Shown: positions 18,455-30,400 of the stretch, one piece after another
Layout: each line of letters begins with the position of its first letter
Position numbering within the stretch: position 1 is the stretch's first letter
IMG/VR virus record: IMGVR_UViG_3300044712_001597
Span: 1,687-65,686 of that record
Direction: 5' to 3' (one strand)
DNA: 64,000 bases
Source: a virus
Lineage: Duplodnaviria > Caudoviricetes
Program-made: the position numbers and the translations under genes
Notes under the pieces: generated by a model
Database searches by the model: none
The model's input: only the letters and a program-made list of their open reading frames with translations
What the model was told of the DNA's origin: nothing

Positions 18455-19294
18455 ATGAGCAACCTAACTCACTCCAATCAACTTATCGAACTGACAGAAT
18501 CCGATCTTCGCGAGCGCGTACCCGCAATCTACGCGACCGACGCAGACAGCCGAGTTTCTGACCGGTACACCTTCGTTCCAACATCCGACGTCCTTCCTGT
18601 CTTGCAAGATAGCGGTTTCGTCGTCACCTCTGCTTCTACTCGGCGAAGCGGTGGGATTCATGCCCGGCATCGTCTCGAACTGTTTCACCGAGACAGTCTC
18701 GATGATCTCCGTAAAGGCCGGTTGGATGGATGTCCGCGGGTGATTCTCGAGAACAGTCACGACCGCAGCCGCCGTTTGGTTCTACTGGCCGGGTATTACC
18801 GGCTGGTTTGCTCCAACGGTCTAGTGGTCGCCAGCGGAGCGTCCGGCGAACTCAAGTCGCTGCACCTCAAATTGGACCGCACGGCGATTTGCACGTTGGT
18901 CAAAGATCTCGCGCGAATGCTCGATGCGACCACCTCGGCTGCGGAGTCCTTCCGCAAGCGCATGTTGACTCCAATGGAGAAATCAACTTTCGCGTGCTAC
19001 GCGCTCGAAGCTCGCTATCGCGGATGGAACTACTACCCCATCGAAGCGAAGTCCTTGCTGGCTGTTCGCCGCGACGCCGATAAAGGAGACGATCTTTGGA
19101 CCGTGTTCAACCGAGTGCAGGAGAATATCGTGCGCGGAGGAATGACAACCAACGCAGGTCGCCGCAGTCAAGGCTTGAAAAGCTTCCACGCGTCCGTGAA
19201 GGTCAATCAGCAACTTTGGGCCGGAGCCGAAGCTCTTGCTGCCGGAGGAACGAAGGCGCTACAAGTTCTGCGCAAGCAAATCTCCAAGGAGTAG
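18455..19294 (+). CDS. DUF932/DUF945 family protein
   Basis: SDRYTFVPT, NSHD, GYYRLVCSNGLV, RRDADKGDDLWTVFNRVQEN, NQQLW. Confidence 0.88.
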   Translation: MSNLTHSNQLIELTESDLRERVPAIYATDADSRVSDRYTFVPTSDVLPVLQDSGFVVTSASTRRSGGIHARHRLELFHRDSLDDLRKGRLDGCPRVILENSHDRSRRLVLLAGYYRLVCSNGLVVASGASGELKSLHLKLDRTAICTLVKDLARMLDATTSAAESFRKRMLTPMEKSTFACYALEARYRGWNYYPIEAKSLLAVRRDADKGDDLWTVFNRVQENIVRGGMTTNAGRRSQGLKSFHASVKVNQQLWAGAEALAAGGTKALQVLRKQISKE

Positions 19295-19310
19295 TCTTCA
19301 TCTTCTTCAT

Positions 19311-19353
19311 AGAGGGTCGAGACCGCAAGATCTCGGCCCTCTAAACTTTTTTT
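19311..19353 (+). terminator. Intrinsic terminator
   Basis: AGAGGGTCGAGA-loop-TCTCGGCCCTCT followed by a T-run. Confidence 0.75.
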
Positions 19354-19367
19354 CACTTTCTCAAAGA

Positions 19368-19411
19368 TTTTTGTTTACTTCTTAGCAGAAGTTGATATGG
19401 TCAGAAATGTC
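19368..19411 (+). promoter_or_regulatory. Phage promoter (copy 3)
   Basis: TTTTTG-TTTACT-16nt-TATGGT-10nt-ATGAGC. Confidence 0.7.
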
Positions 19412-20365
19412 ATGAGCAAACCAAACAACATCCAAATCGGCACCCCGGTCCAAGTCAAGATTCGCGGTGAGATTGTCACAGCAACCTACGTCGGCTGGAG
19501 CGACCGCTACGACACGGGAATTGTGGAGTACAATGGCGATCGCCACTACCGCAAGATTCAAACGGACGGGTCGAGCAGCTTGTCTTCCTCGTCTCCTATC
19601 GAAGTTAAGCCAAGCCGCTTCAACATCAACACGCGGTTCGACTTCATCGAGCAGGTCGTGGACATGGTCATCGCCGGCGAAAGCAAGTCAGTGATCATCA
19701 CGGGTGATGGCGGTCTCGGAAAAACTCACACGGTCATGGACCGCGTAAAGAAAGCGGGTCTTGCAGCCAGCGAAGTTTTGGAAGACGCCGATGAAGATGA
19801 TGAAGAAGGAGAACGCACCAGCGGGGTCACGGTCGGCGATTACTTCGTGGTGAAAGGCTTCATCACCAGCCGCGCTCTCTATGAACTGCTCTACGAAAAC
19901 CGCGACCGCATCGTGATTTTCGACGATTGCGATAGCGTGTGGGAAGCTCCTACGTCGGTATCGATTCTCAAAGCTGCGTTGGACAGCTACGACACTCGCA
20001 CAATCAGCTGGCTCAGCGCGATGAGCGACCCCGACATTCCGCGCTCCTTTGAGTTCCGCGGGCGCATCATCTTCGTCAGCAACCAGAGTCTCGGTAAGCT
20101 GGATCAAGCGGTGCTTAGCCGCTGCCTCTACGTGGACGTTACGATGACGCCAACGGAGAAAATCGAGCGCATCCGCTTTATCGCTCCCAATGTCCGCCCC
20201 GATATGTCGATGGCCGCGAAGAAAGAAGTGGTTGATCTGCTCGAGGAGTTCAAGGACCGCGTGGGCGATCTCAACATCCGCACGTTCTTGAAGGTGTGCG
20301 ACATCCGCAGTCGTGGTTCCGAAAACTGGCGCGATCTCGCGGAGTATATGATCACTGCGTTCTAA
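19412..20365 (+). CDS. AAA+ ATPase
   Basis: Walker A GDGGLGKT, Walker B IVIFDDCD, IFVSN, arginine finger SR. Confidence 0.88.
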   Translation: MSKPNNIQIGTPVQVKIRGEIVTATYVGWSDRYDTGIVEYNGDRHYRKIQTDGSSSLSSSSPIEVKPSRFNINTRFDFIEQVVDMVIAGESKSVIITGDGGLGKTHTVMDRVKKAGLAASEVLEDADEDDEEGERTSGVTVGDYFVVKGFITSRALYELLYENRDRIVIFDDCDSVWEAPTSVSILKAALDSYDTRTISWLSAMSDPDIPRSFEFRGRIIFVSNQSLGKLDQAVLSRCLYVDVTMTPTEKIERIRFIAPNVRPDMSMAAKKEVVDLLEEFKDRVGDLNIRTFLKVCDIRSRGSENWRDLAEYMITAF

Positions 20366-20374
20366 CACACAGGT

Positions 20375-20422
20375 TGGAGGCTCCTGAGGACATAAAACTC
20401 CTCGGGAGCCTTCATCATTTTC
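20375..20422 (+). terminator. Intrinsic terminator
   Basis: GGAGGCTCCTGAGGA...TCCTCGGGAGCCTTC hairpin followed by T-rich tail. Confidence 0.65.
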
Positions 20423-20428
20423 TTGAAG

Positions 20429-20473
20429 TTTTTTGTTTACTTCTTAGCAGAAGTCGGTACTATCTAAATCGTC
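20429..20473 (+). promoter_or_regulatory. Phage promoter (copy 4)
   Basis: TTTTTTG-TTTACT-TCTTAGCAGAAGTCGG-TACTAT-10nt-ATGAGC; spacer nearly identical to copy 3. Confidence 0.72.
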
Positions 20474-21202
20474 ATGAGCAACACCACATCTACTTCACAG
20501 CAGGAAAGCCTGCTCAACAAAATCCGTAATCTCCTCAAGCTGGCTGATCCGGCAAACGGAGCCACGCAGGCCGAAATGGAAACCGCGATGCGCAAAGCGC
20601 AAGAGCTTATGGTTCGCCACGGCATCGAGCAAATGGACCTCGGCAGCGCCGCCGAAGCCTCTCCCGTGGACGAAGAGCGCGTCACGATGTCCCGCAAGAA
20701 GTATCCGCAAGATCGTTGGATCCCGCGGGTTCTGAAAGCAGTGTTCGACGTCGACATTTTGGTCTCTTCCGCTTGGCGTCATGGAGCATACCGCCACATG
20801 TACATCATCATTGGAGAGCCGGTTGACCGTGAAGCCGCGAAGATGGCGATCACCTACGTTTTCGACGCGATGACAAAAGGCCTCAATGCGTACCTCAAAG
20901 TGACGGGCCAATCATGGAATTCTACGACGGCTCATTCGTTCTATCGTGGAGTCGCTGAAGGTTTCATCCGCGAATCGGCTCACGGACGCGCAGCCGCTAT
21001 GAAGCGCTTTAAGAAAGAAGAGCAAGACCGCTTCGCGATTGTTCTGGTCGACAAGTCGAAAGCGATCGCCAAGTACGTCGAGACGAAATATCCGAAGCTG
21101 CGCTACGGCAGCCGAGGAATCCGCGCGAACTTCGATGAGTCAGCCCACGCGGCCGGGCACGCAGCGGGAGCCGCTATCGACTTCTCCACGAAGCTCAATT
21201 AA
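20474..21202 (+). CDS. DUF2786 domain protein
   Basis: KIRNLLKLA...EMETAMRKAQELMVRHG; SFYRG; AHAAGHAAG. Confidence 0.88.
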   Translation: MSNTTSTSQQESLLNKIRNLLKLADPANGATQAEMETAMRKAQELMVRHGIEQMDLGSAAEASPVDEERVTMSRKKYPQDRWIPRVLKAVFDVDILVSSAWRHGAYRHMYIIIGEPVDREAAKMAITYVFDAMTKGLNAYLKVTGQSWNSTTAHSFYRGVAEGFIRESAHGRAAAMKRFKKEEQDRFAIVLVDKSKAIAKYVETKYPKLRYGSRGIRANFDESAHAAGHAAGAAIDFSTKLN

Positions 21203-21243
21203 CGACCCTCGGTCATGGATTACTCACTTTTGCTCCAAGTGCT

Positions 21244-21498
21244 GTGGAAGTTAGCTCAAAACTTCTGGCACATCCTTCTCTTCGTGGGAATTCTCGCCAT
21301 CGTCAGCCTGTGGCCCATCCGGAAGTAGTCAAAACGCTTCAACGCGAATTCGTCGGTCGATGCTCTTGCGGTCGGCCGGCGAATGTTCGCATCCGCACGG
21401 TGCTTGAGCGAAAGCAAATGTTCGACGGAAAAGTAGTTCCCATTTGCACCGTGGGTTATCTTCTTTGCGAAGAATGCGCGACTTCGCGATCTCATTGA
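21244..21498 (+). CDS. Hypothetical zinc-ribbon protein
   Basis: CSCG...LCEECA; converges on the giant gene. Confidence 0.4.
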   Translation: MEVSSKLLAHPSLRGNSRHRQPVAHPEVVKTLQREFVGRCSCGRPANVRIRTVLERKQMFDGKVVPICTVGYLLCEECATSRSH

Positions 21499-24400
21499 TG
21501 GCGCGGATTTCGCAGAACCTGCTTGATCATCTCTTCGTATTCTTCGGGAGACGCGTCGGCTTTACGAATTCCGCGATTCAGTAGAATGGTTTCCGCTTTC
21601 TTGCGTTCCTCTATCCAGGACTGACGATTGAAGGACCCGTCCGGATTAGAATAGCGCGGATTGTATCCCGGCATGGCCCGGAACGGCTCTTCTGCGAGTC
21701 CTGACAGAAAACGAGTCATCGAGGATGAGCCAGGCGTGACTTTTATTGGCTCAGATGCAAGATTTACCGCGGACAGGGGAGAAATCACGCCTGACTCGCC
21801 GTCGATCACTTCTGGAATATCAGACCCGACATCTGACAAAGGCATGGCCTGAAATCCTGGGCCTCCTGGCTTTTTTGAGTCTATCAAGCTTTGAAGCTCT
21901 TCGTCAGAGACATTTTCGACTAGAGCGGCAAAAAGTAAATTGGCCGTGACGGATGCCGAGTGGATGTTTGATACTGGAAGTCCAACAGGGTGATTGTTCA
22001 AAGTCAAGCCGTAAGTAATATCGTTAGGGTCGATAATCTTCCACACGTTTCCTTGAGGATCTGTGTGCACGTTGGATTTCGACCAATCTTGACTGCTAGC
22101 CCAATTCACTAAACTTTCTGCAAGATTTTTTTTCGGCGGACTCGTTTTGGTCTTCTTTGGTTTTCCAAAGACTGCCGCGACGGCCTCGTCCAGCGTGTCG
22201 TAGGATTCTCCTTCCTTGATACGGCGACCGATTTCCCAAACCGACCATCCTCCGTTTCGCTTCTCGATGAACGTTTTTCGCTTAGACTTAGGACTATTAG
22301 GATTAAATACCGTGAATTCGTCGATGTTTCCGAGTCCCGAGACCCCTGTAATTTTCAAATCGGGGTATTTCATAAGAAACTCGGCCATGAAATCTGCTGA
22401 GATAGAGCTCTTAGCGGCATCGTGCAGAGTATCTGATTTATGAGGTTTTCCATCCGACGTGCTTGACCCAAACGAAGTATCCTTGTGGGCTTCTGCTTGG
22501 CTCTGAGCGAGAGCAAATACTTGATCCAACGACGGCAACGTCCCAAACACCTTTCCGGCCATCTGAACGTCCCATCCTTTAGAGTCATCTCCGCTCACGT
22601 CGATAGTCTGCGATGGAGAAACTTTCAACTCGAAAGTTAAGGAATCTGCGAATCCATGCAAGTTTTCAACTTGAACATCTGGAGCAATCTTTTTCGCAGC
22701 GTTTATGAAGTCCGCCGTTGTCATTCCCGCAGACAGTTTGGGGCTTTGATTGGCTTCTTTGCTCTGCGGGTCTACCGACTCAGGCGCGTCGAGAGATTTG
22801 AAAGCGATGTCAAATCCTGGACTTGTGCTCTTGTCGAACTCCGGCTCGCTTGCTAAATCTTTCCAGCTTTTCGCACTTGCGATATCTTCAAAAGACTTGG
22901 CGCTAACGATTTCTTTTAGATACTTCAAACTTTTGTTGATTCCTTGTCTATGGTAGACGCCATAATTAAACTCAATTCCATGCGCGTCAAACGAGTGAAT
23001 TTGAATTCCTGTCTTGTCGATGATAAGCGTGTTCGCGATGTCGCTCGGAGTAGTCCACTCGTAAATCAGCGGTGGATCCGTCGGACTAAACGGCTCTGCG
23101 CCGGCCCATCCCCACCAATCTTCTTTCGAAAACGGTTTGAACGCGGATAGTAGCGACTCTGAAGAGATGAGAGTTTTTTGCGACTTTGGTTGCGGCGATT
23201 TTGAAATCATCTCGGACACTGGACGCTCAACTTGCTCTCCGCGTCCTTCAAGGTCCTTGAGCACCGGCAACGCGATCTTGCGCATCTTGCTGGACACAAA
23301 CGGAAGCAGTTCACGGATAGACTTCGCATTGGCTTTGAAGTCAAGCATCTTCTTGATCCAACGATGTCCCTCAGAAGCGCGGTAGTAATTCTGCAGTTTG
23401 TTGAACACCGTGTCCGTATTATGCTGCAAGTCGTAAACGTGGTCGATAGCCACCGCTTTTTGAGACAGCGTCTGCGCGTTTCGCAGCATCAACCAGCCGT
23501 CAGCGATTCCGGCCCACGCGCGTCCGCCATACGCACTGTTCCATCTTCCTTTGGAGAACAAAGTTTGCGCGAAGCTGACAACTTGCGTGCGAGTCCAGCC
23601 GAGTTTGTCGGCAGCTCGGCGCAGCGCAGCGTAACTAGTCTCATAGCTATCGCTTTGTCCCTTAAGCTCGGCATCTTCACCTGGCTTACGGTTTTCGTAT
23701 CCTGCTTTGTAGGCACTATGATACTTGATAAACTGTTGATAGAGCGGATTGTCTTGAATTTCTTTAGGTTGTTTGTTGTCGAGTCCGTGGCGAAACTCTG
23801 CGGCAATCGCGAAATACACTGCGTCCAAAAGCTTTTCTTGAAGATTGGGATAGAATATCCGCTTGGCGTAGTCCAAGTCGTTTTCATACTCTTTGTAGCG
23901 AAGACCGCGAATCCTGTCCGGCGAGTTGACAGACGATGCGAATATCTTATCAAAAGGCATAGTCTCCAAGTACGACAAGACGTAGAAGTCAGCCATTGTC
24001 ACCTTCGGATCATGCGGAAGATCGTATGTCACCGAAGGCATGAACTGCGGCTGGCCTTGGGTAATCACGTCGCGCCGCATTTCGGGGGTAATGCTGACAC
24101 GATGAATCGGGACTTTCTCGCCCGCAACGCTCACCTTGAACTCCATGTTTTCGTCAGGAGCGATGATCATCTCCCACCCAAGATTTTCTGCTTCTTCTTT
24201 GGTCTTAACCGACAGTAAGTCTTCTAAAATGGAGTTTGCTTGCTCAAGACCTTCTCTGGAAGAAGTGTTATCTTCTTCGCGAAAGAACATCGACATTTCA
24301 AATTCTGCTTCGCCGCCGATTACTGAGACTCCATTCCTGTCAACTATGATACTCGCGGGTCTTCCATTCACCGCAAGCTCTCCAATATAGGGCCGGATCT

Positions 24401-27400
24401 TGTCAGAGAATTCCTCTGCTCCAGCAAAAGCCTCCCAGTCCACATCTGTAATGGGGTTAAGTTTTGGAACTTTAAGTTCTCCCAGCTCGATATCACCGCG
24501 CTCCACCTTCCCGCCCCACTGCTTGACGTATTTGGCGATCTCCTTCGGGAGAATCTGGTCGTAGAAGCCCTTCATGCCTTCGCCGCCTACTTTAAGGTCG
24601 AGGCCAGAGTATGTTTGTCGGTTGCTTGGGTTCTCGGATATTTTTGCGGCCAGCTCTTTTCCAATAACGTCTGGCAATTCTTCGATTGTCGCAGTTTTGA
24701 CAATCGCGCTACTGAACGACCTGCCAGATCCCTTTGGCCAGATGAAGAGTTGTTTTGCCGCTTTGTCGTAGTCGATTTTATCGACCTGCTTGCTCAGGTC
24801 ATACCGCTCGGCCTGCGTTTCGCCAGTCGTCCACCCGATCCACTCCTTGCCCGTCTCGACGGCCTCACGGAGGGCGCGCTTGAACATTTGTAATGGCCAG
24901 GTTTTGCGGAATGGCGCGTCAGGAACCTTCGCAGCCTCGTCCATCGTCGCAGGAACCACAGTGCCGAACGGAGAGATGGCCATTTGTAATGTGTCGCGAT
25001 ACCCCTTCTCTCTTCCCACCTGGTGCAGCTTGCTTTGAATTTCTTCAATGAACAGACCGGGCTTTCCGTCGGCGTCTATGCGGTCATTCACGCGGGTCCA
25101 AGCAAGAGCTTTCAGGTCGGAGTAATGAGCTGTGTCAGAAGAAGAGAATGGATATTGGCTCTTTGCGACGCCGCCGATTGCATCCCTGGCGGCCTTCAGA
25201 TAGAAGCGCTTTTTGTCATCGTCAAGAGTTTTCCAGTGTTCCTCATCCGACTTTGAACCTCCGACGTTTGCCAGGGCCTTAGAGCGCTGGTGAATGTCGA
25301 TCTCAATCTGCTCTTCGGTCGCCAGTTTCTGGACCGGCTCGATAGTCGCGCCGAGTTCTTCGACAGTGGCGTTGTTGATTTGCCTAACTGCTCGTCTGGC
25401 ATGATCCTCAGTAAGATACAAGGCGCCTCCCATCTGAATCATGCCGCCCTTCATCACCTTGTAATAAGTGATCGTTCGCGATGACGGTCCAAACCCCGGA
25501 GCCTTCAACACGATTTCGCGGTGGTTATCTCCGCCCGGAAGAGTCCAGTTTGTGTTGCGAGGAAGTTCGTCTTTCCTTTTCTTTGGCTTACGAACAGGCA
25601 CTATTTCATAGCCAGACTCTTCCAGAGACAATCCTTCAACTGCGTCGATTTCATTTATTGCCTCTTGGGGAGACCGGAAAGACGTTGAGTAGACATCCGA
25701 CCCATTCTTCTTGACTCTCCAAACGGTCTCTGTCTCCGAGCTGTCTCCAAGAACGATCTCTGCCAGTTCAACATTTCCCTCATTCTGAAGGTAATCCAGA
25801 ATATCCTGCTTCGTCACGGACTCGCGATCTTGAATCCACGGAATGATGCCAGTCCACTTGAGTTCCTCTTCATTGGTGAACTTGCGCGCAAGGGCCTCTG
25901 CTTGTTGGGCTGTAAACTTCTCTTGCTTCTGCTCTTCGAATCCTTTTCCAAGGCGCGAGTAGAAGCCATTGGCCGTCGGCATGAACTTCGGATAGGCGGA
26001 GGTCGCTTTGAGTTTATTTGGTTTAAGCACAGCGTACTCTTTGCCAACTCCTGGTACTCCACGCGCGACTATTACGTCATGCCCATTCTGTTTTGCGAAC
26101 TCAACTACTCGCTTACCGAGCTCTGCTGGCGATATTATTTTTTCGTCGCTATGCGCAAAGTCGTCCCATAGATCCAACTCGCCTTTTCTACGCTTTCCTG
26201 ATACTCGAATGAGCAACGGATTTTCCGCTTCTAGCGTAGCCAACACAACGTGAGAACCTAGACCCCACGTATCTGTCGTGAGAGACACGGTTTCTGGAAA
26301 AAGGCGCTGCTCGCTAGAAGCGATAATACGAAATCCGTTCTGCTGGATATCACGAGCTCCTTCTGCATTCGTGGTGTGGTACAACTCTTCCCACACAGCC
26401 GGATTTCCAGTTATTTCTCGCGGCATGAATTGCACTCGATCAGTAGTCGGTGAAAGCATCCGTTCTCTCTTAAAAACCAGAATAGAGATATCTCCAGGCT
26501 GTCCGGGTGACGCTTCGTTTTCGTTGCGGTAGGCAATAGAATCGTAGCCGTTTTTAACGAGCTGGTCGATAGTGGCGTCAATACGGTCGTCGAATCCCAA
26601 TTTTTTTATCTCTGCAATTTGAGAGTCAGATAAGGGAGCTACGCTTAACCCGTGAGGATTTCCTGGACGCAGCACGAAGTCGGTGAGCGCCGCGCTGTCA
26701 TCAACATCTCGTGGAATAACCAGCGTTTTTGACAGGTCTGCTCTTGTCTTGTAGACAAATCCTTTTCGGGTTTCGTGCTCATCTGCTAACTCAACTTCGG
26801 CGACATTTCGACCCAAAGCGTCATCAGAAAATTCACCGAGCGAAACAGAAAAAGAAGAAGGAGTATCGTCATACAGATTCCAAATTCTGTTGTAGGCTTG
26901 TTTGAGCGTTTGGCCGAAATGAGCTCCGTGCTGATTGGCCTCGTCAAAAGTCATCGTCCCCGTAATGGGACGTGGTCCACCATGGTACCATGTCATGCCG
27001 TTCAATATTCGAGCGACTTCCGTCGGAGATTGATTCTTCGCGATTTCAAACAAATCGCTAAATTGCGTTACATTTTTTGCTCTTTGTCGAGCTACAAAAT
27101 CTCCAGGCATGAATTGCGGTTGGCCGGAGTCGGGGCGGGAAAGTAGATTCTCTGCTTCATTGATGACTTGGTCTACGATGCTCAAGTCATCTCGTCCACC
27201 CCACTCGGAATACTGCTCTTTGATACCACGAGCGGCTTCGTCAAGACGCTCAAGAAACTCTGGCGAGAAATACCCTTCCGGCGCGTCCTGCGAGATGAAC
27301 TGCAGCTCGTCGATCATATCCTGCGAAGTTAAGTCATCGCCGTCGTTGTAGCGATCAAATAAGTCGGTGAGACGTTCGCGAGTGTAGTCTTGACTTTCGC

Positions 27401-30400
27401 CTGGCATGAACTTTGGTCCCCCCGGAGAGTCGTAAACGGCGGTCATTCCGTTTTCGATGGCCGTATCTTCAATTTCTTTGCGCTGCTTTCGAGTAGGACT
27501 TCCTTCGTAGTAAATTGTGTCCCCATACGTCTGAACCCGGACATATCCCGCGGCCATGACATCCTCATAGTCCACCCGCCGCATATTAACATACTCTTCC
27601 GGAAACACGTCAATATGATTGGACACGTTGATCCACTCTAAGTTTTTTCCTAACCAAGCAGCGCCGCGGACTCTATACGAATTGGAAATCTTTTGCTTCG
27701 ACATAAAGCTTTTCGCGAGCTTAATACGCTCAGGAGTAGAGTCGTTCTCTGAAGCGGGCATGAAGTTGATTGTCATCTTGCCGTAGTCCACTGGAATCTT
27801 CTCAGCGGAGGAAATCTCAAAGGCGTTGATGCGATCCATGCGCGCGGACATGATCAACCGATCAGCCGAGTCTTGCCCTCGTTTAACTGGCAGACGACTG
27901 CGGTCTGGGTTGAGACCCTCGGTGTCTTTTGTGAAAAGGTTGAAGAAATCGTTGACGATATTCTTCTTCTGGAGCGCGATTGCTGGGTCCGTGTCCAGTC
28001 CAACTGCGCCTTTTTCGCCAGCTTGGTGATTGACGAGAACTCTATGCACGTCAGTCCAAAACTTCGCTTTGTCACGTCCCCACAGATTGAGCCGCTCGGG
28101 CTTTTTCTCGCTCCATAGATTCAGTTTGTCGAACATACGGCTAACCGAGATGGTTGTAGCCAAGAAGTTTCCGTCCTTGCTGAAGTGAAAGCCGATAGGA
28201 ACCACATCGCGAATCCGCGGAGCAAGAGATTTATATTTTCCCGCCTTCAAGGCCGCTTGATACTCCATCACGATGCGAGTCCCGTCTTGTTTTTGGAGCA
28301 CAGTGTTGAACGAGCGGATTCGCCGCTTCAATGAAGGAGATACGATGTCGTTGGACAGCGCATCGATGGCTGCGAGCTGAGAAGGAGTAAGAATTCCGCG
28401 GTAGACTCCGTTTCCAACGTCTTGAAAGCGATTTGGAGTTCCGTCATTCGGAGCCCGGTCAACGGCTTCTCGAATAAGCTTTCCACGCAGCCGAGCTCGC
28501 GACTTTACTTCTTTCGCAGTAAGCTGAATCGGAGTTCCGTCTACGTTACGCTTGATGACAGTGTCTGTAGAAACCTTTGCGCCCTCCGGCAGGTTAGACA
28601 TATCGATCGTGGGCGGCAAAGTCATTTCTCGTCCATTCTCGTCAACCAGACGTCCATTCTGGACGCGATATTCCTGGACCAGACGAGCAGCAGCTTGCTC
28701 CAGATCCGGAGTCACTTTGATTTCTCTCAGCGTCACGCCGTCCTTATCACGAATGACGATGGCGATTTCTGTGCTCAAGACTTCAGACGTGTCTTTGTAC
28801 TTCTCTTGCAGAACTCGGTTAGTGAGAAGCTCGGGAATGGATACTTCTGGTTGACGAGCATCTGAAGATGACGCCGCCTCGATCAAGGCTCCGTTCAACG
28901 AGCGAACGCTCCGCTCGAACTGCCGGTAGAGCGCCAGCATCTGAGGCGTGAGGGTGAGTCCAAGAATATCTGAGAATCTTCCAGCTTCATCAAAAAGACC
29001 CGTGGACTGCAACGCGCTCTTAAGCACCTGCACTGCGCGGTTTTTCGATCCGACGTTCACCCAGTCAGCGATTGCTTGTCCCGGAGAATCGAGGGCATCT
29101 CGCAGCGAGAATGCGTCGTTATTGGAAAACCCGGAAAGCTCAGCAAGAATCTCTTCACGAATGTAGGCGCGCATGTTTTCTTGAGAGCCCATGGAGTTCT
29201 TCCAGGCGGCAGGATTCGCCATGTGCGCGGCGTACACTTCGGCCGCGTAGTCCAGTTGATCATCTGAGATAATTCCCGGAGACTGCTGAGAAACAGTGCC
29301 GTCAACATTTTGATTGTAGCGGCCGAACAGTTGATCTCGGAGCGGAGTGAGACGATCTTGAACTTCTTTGAACTGCAGCAAATTGTGAAAGATTTCGTGG
29401 TGCAGAACCCGGCGCATATCTCCAAAAGAGTTGCGTGAAGACAGGATAGCATCCAGATTAACGAACATCGAAGGAATCTCAAGATTCTGCGGGCGCAAAG
29501 CTGGATCCACGTTGGCATACGAACGCTTTGAAAATGCAGCTCCGCGAGTTTGAGAAAGCTCGTTCGCCGTGTATTGCACCTTGTCAACCAATTGGCGAGC
29601 GAGTTGAAGCATCGCTTTCTCGGAGTCCGAAAGGGAAGCATCGTTTTTCGCCCCAAGATTGGCGATGATTGACTCGGCCTCGGTGAGCTTAGAACCGTAG
29701 AGTTCACGAACAAAGTCTATGGCGTTCTCAGCGTTGAGAAGGCGGATGTTCATGTTGGATCCTATACCCGAGTCAGAAGCCAACGTTCCGGCTTTCTCAA
29801 AGGCGTCAAGCACGATCAACGAGTAAGCTCGGCGCGTCGCAGCGATGTCCTCTGGTTTGCTTGAGGATAGCACTTCCCGACGAGCTCGCAGCGACCTGAT
29901 CTTGTCGTCAAGATCGGCGTCGAGAATTCCTTGCTCGGTATTCGACTGCTGTTTGGCGATGGCTTGCGAGAGTTTCGCGTCAATTTGATTGACAGCTTCT
30001 TCCGGGTTGCTGAGACGATCAATGGCCGCAAGCGTTTCTGGGCTTGCAGACTTACGGAACCGCTCGACGTCTGCGTCGTCATCCCGCTGGCGATCACGCG
30101 CGTCAATCTCAAGAGCCGTATCCAACTTTTGGCGGAAAGAAGTTTCAGGATCAAGCGCGACCTCTGCTTTTCGAGCAAGATCGGCTCCCATGGACACACC
30201 GATGCCATATCCCGAGCCAGCTTGGCGCGCGAGGTCTTCAGCATTCTCAATGTCCGGAAGCGCGAGCATGACGCCAAGCACTGCGCCATTCACTCCACTC
30301 TTGTTCAAGGCCCCCGACTGACGAATCACCCAGTCAACAGTTCGCGCGCGGTTGCGTCCGCGAGAACTTCTCTGAACTCGGCGAGCAGACTCTTCTGCGA

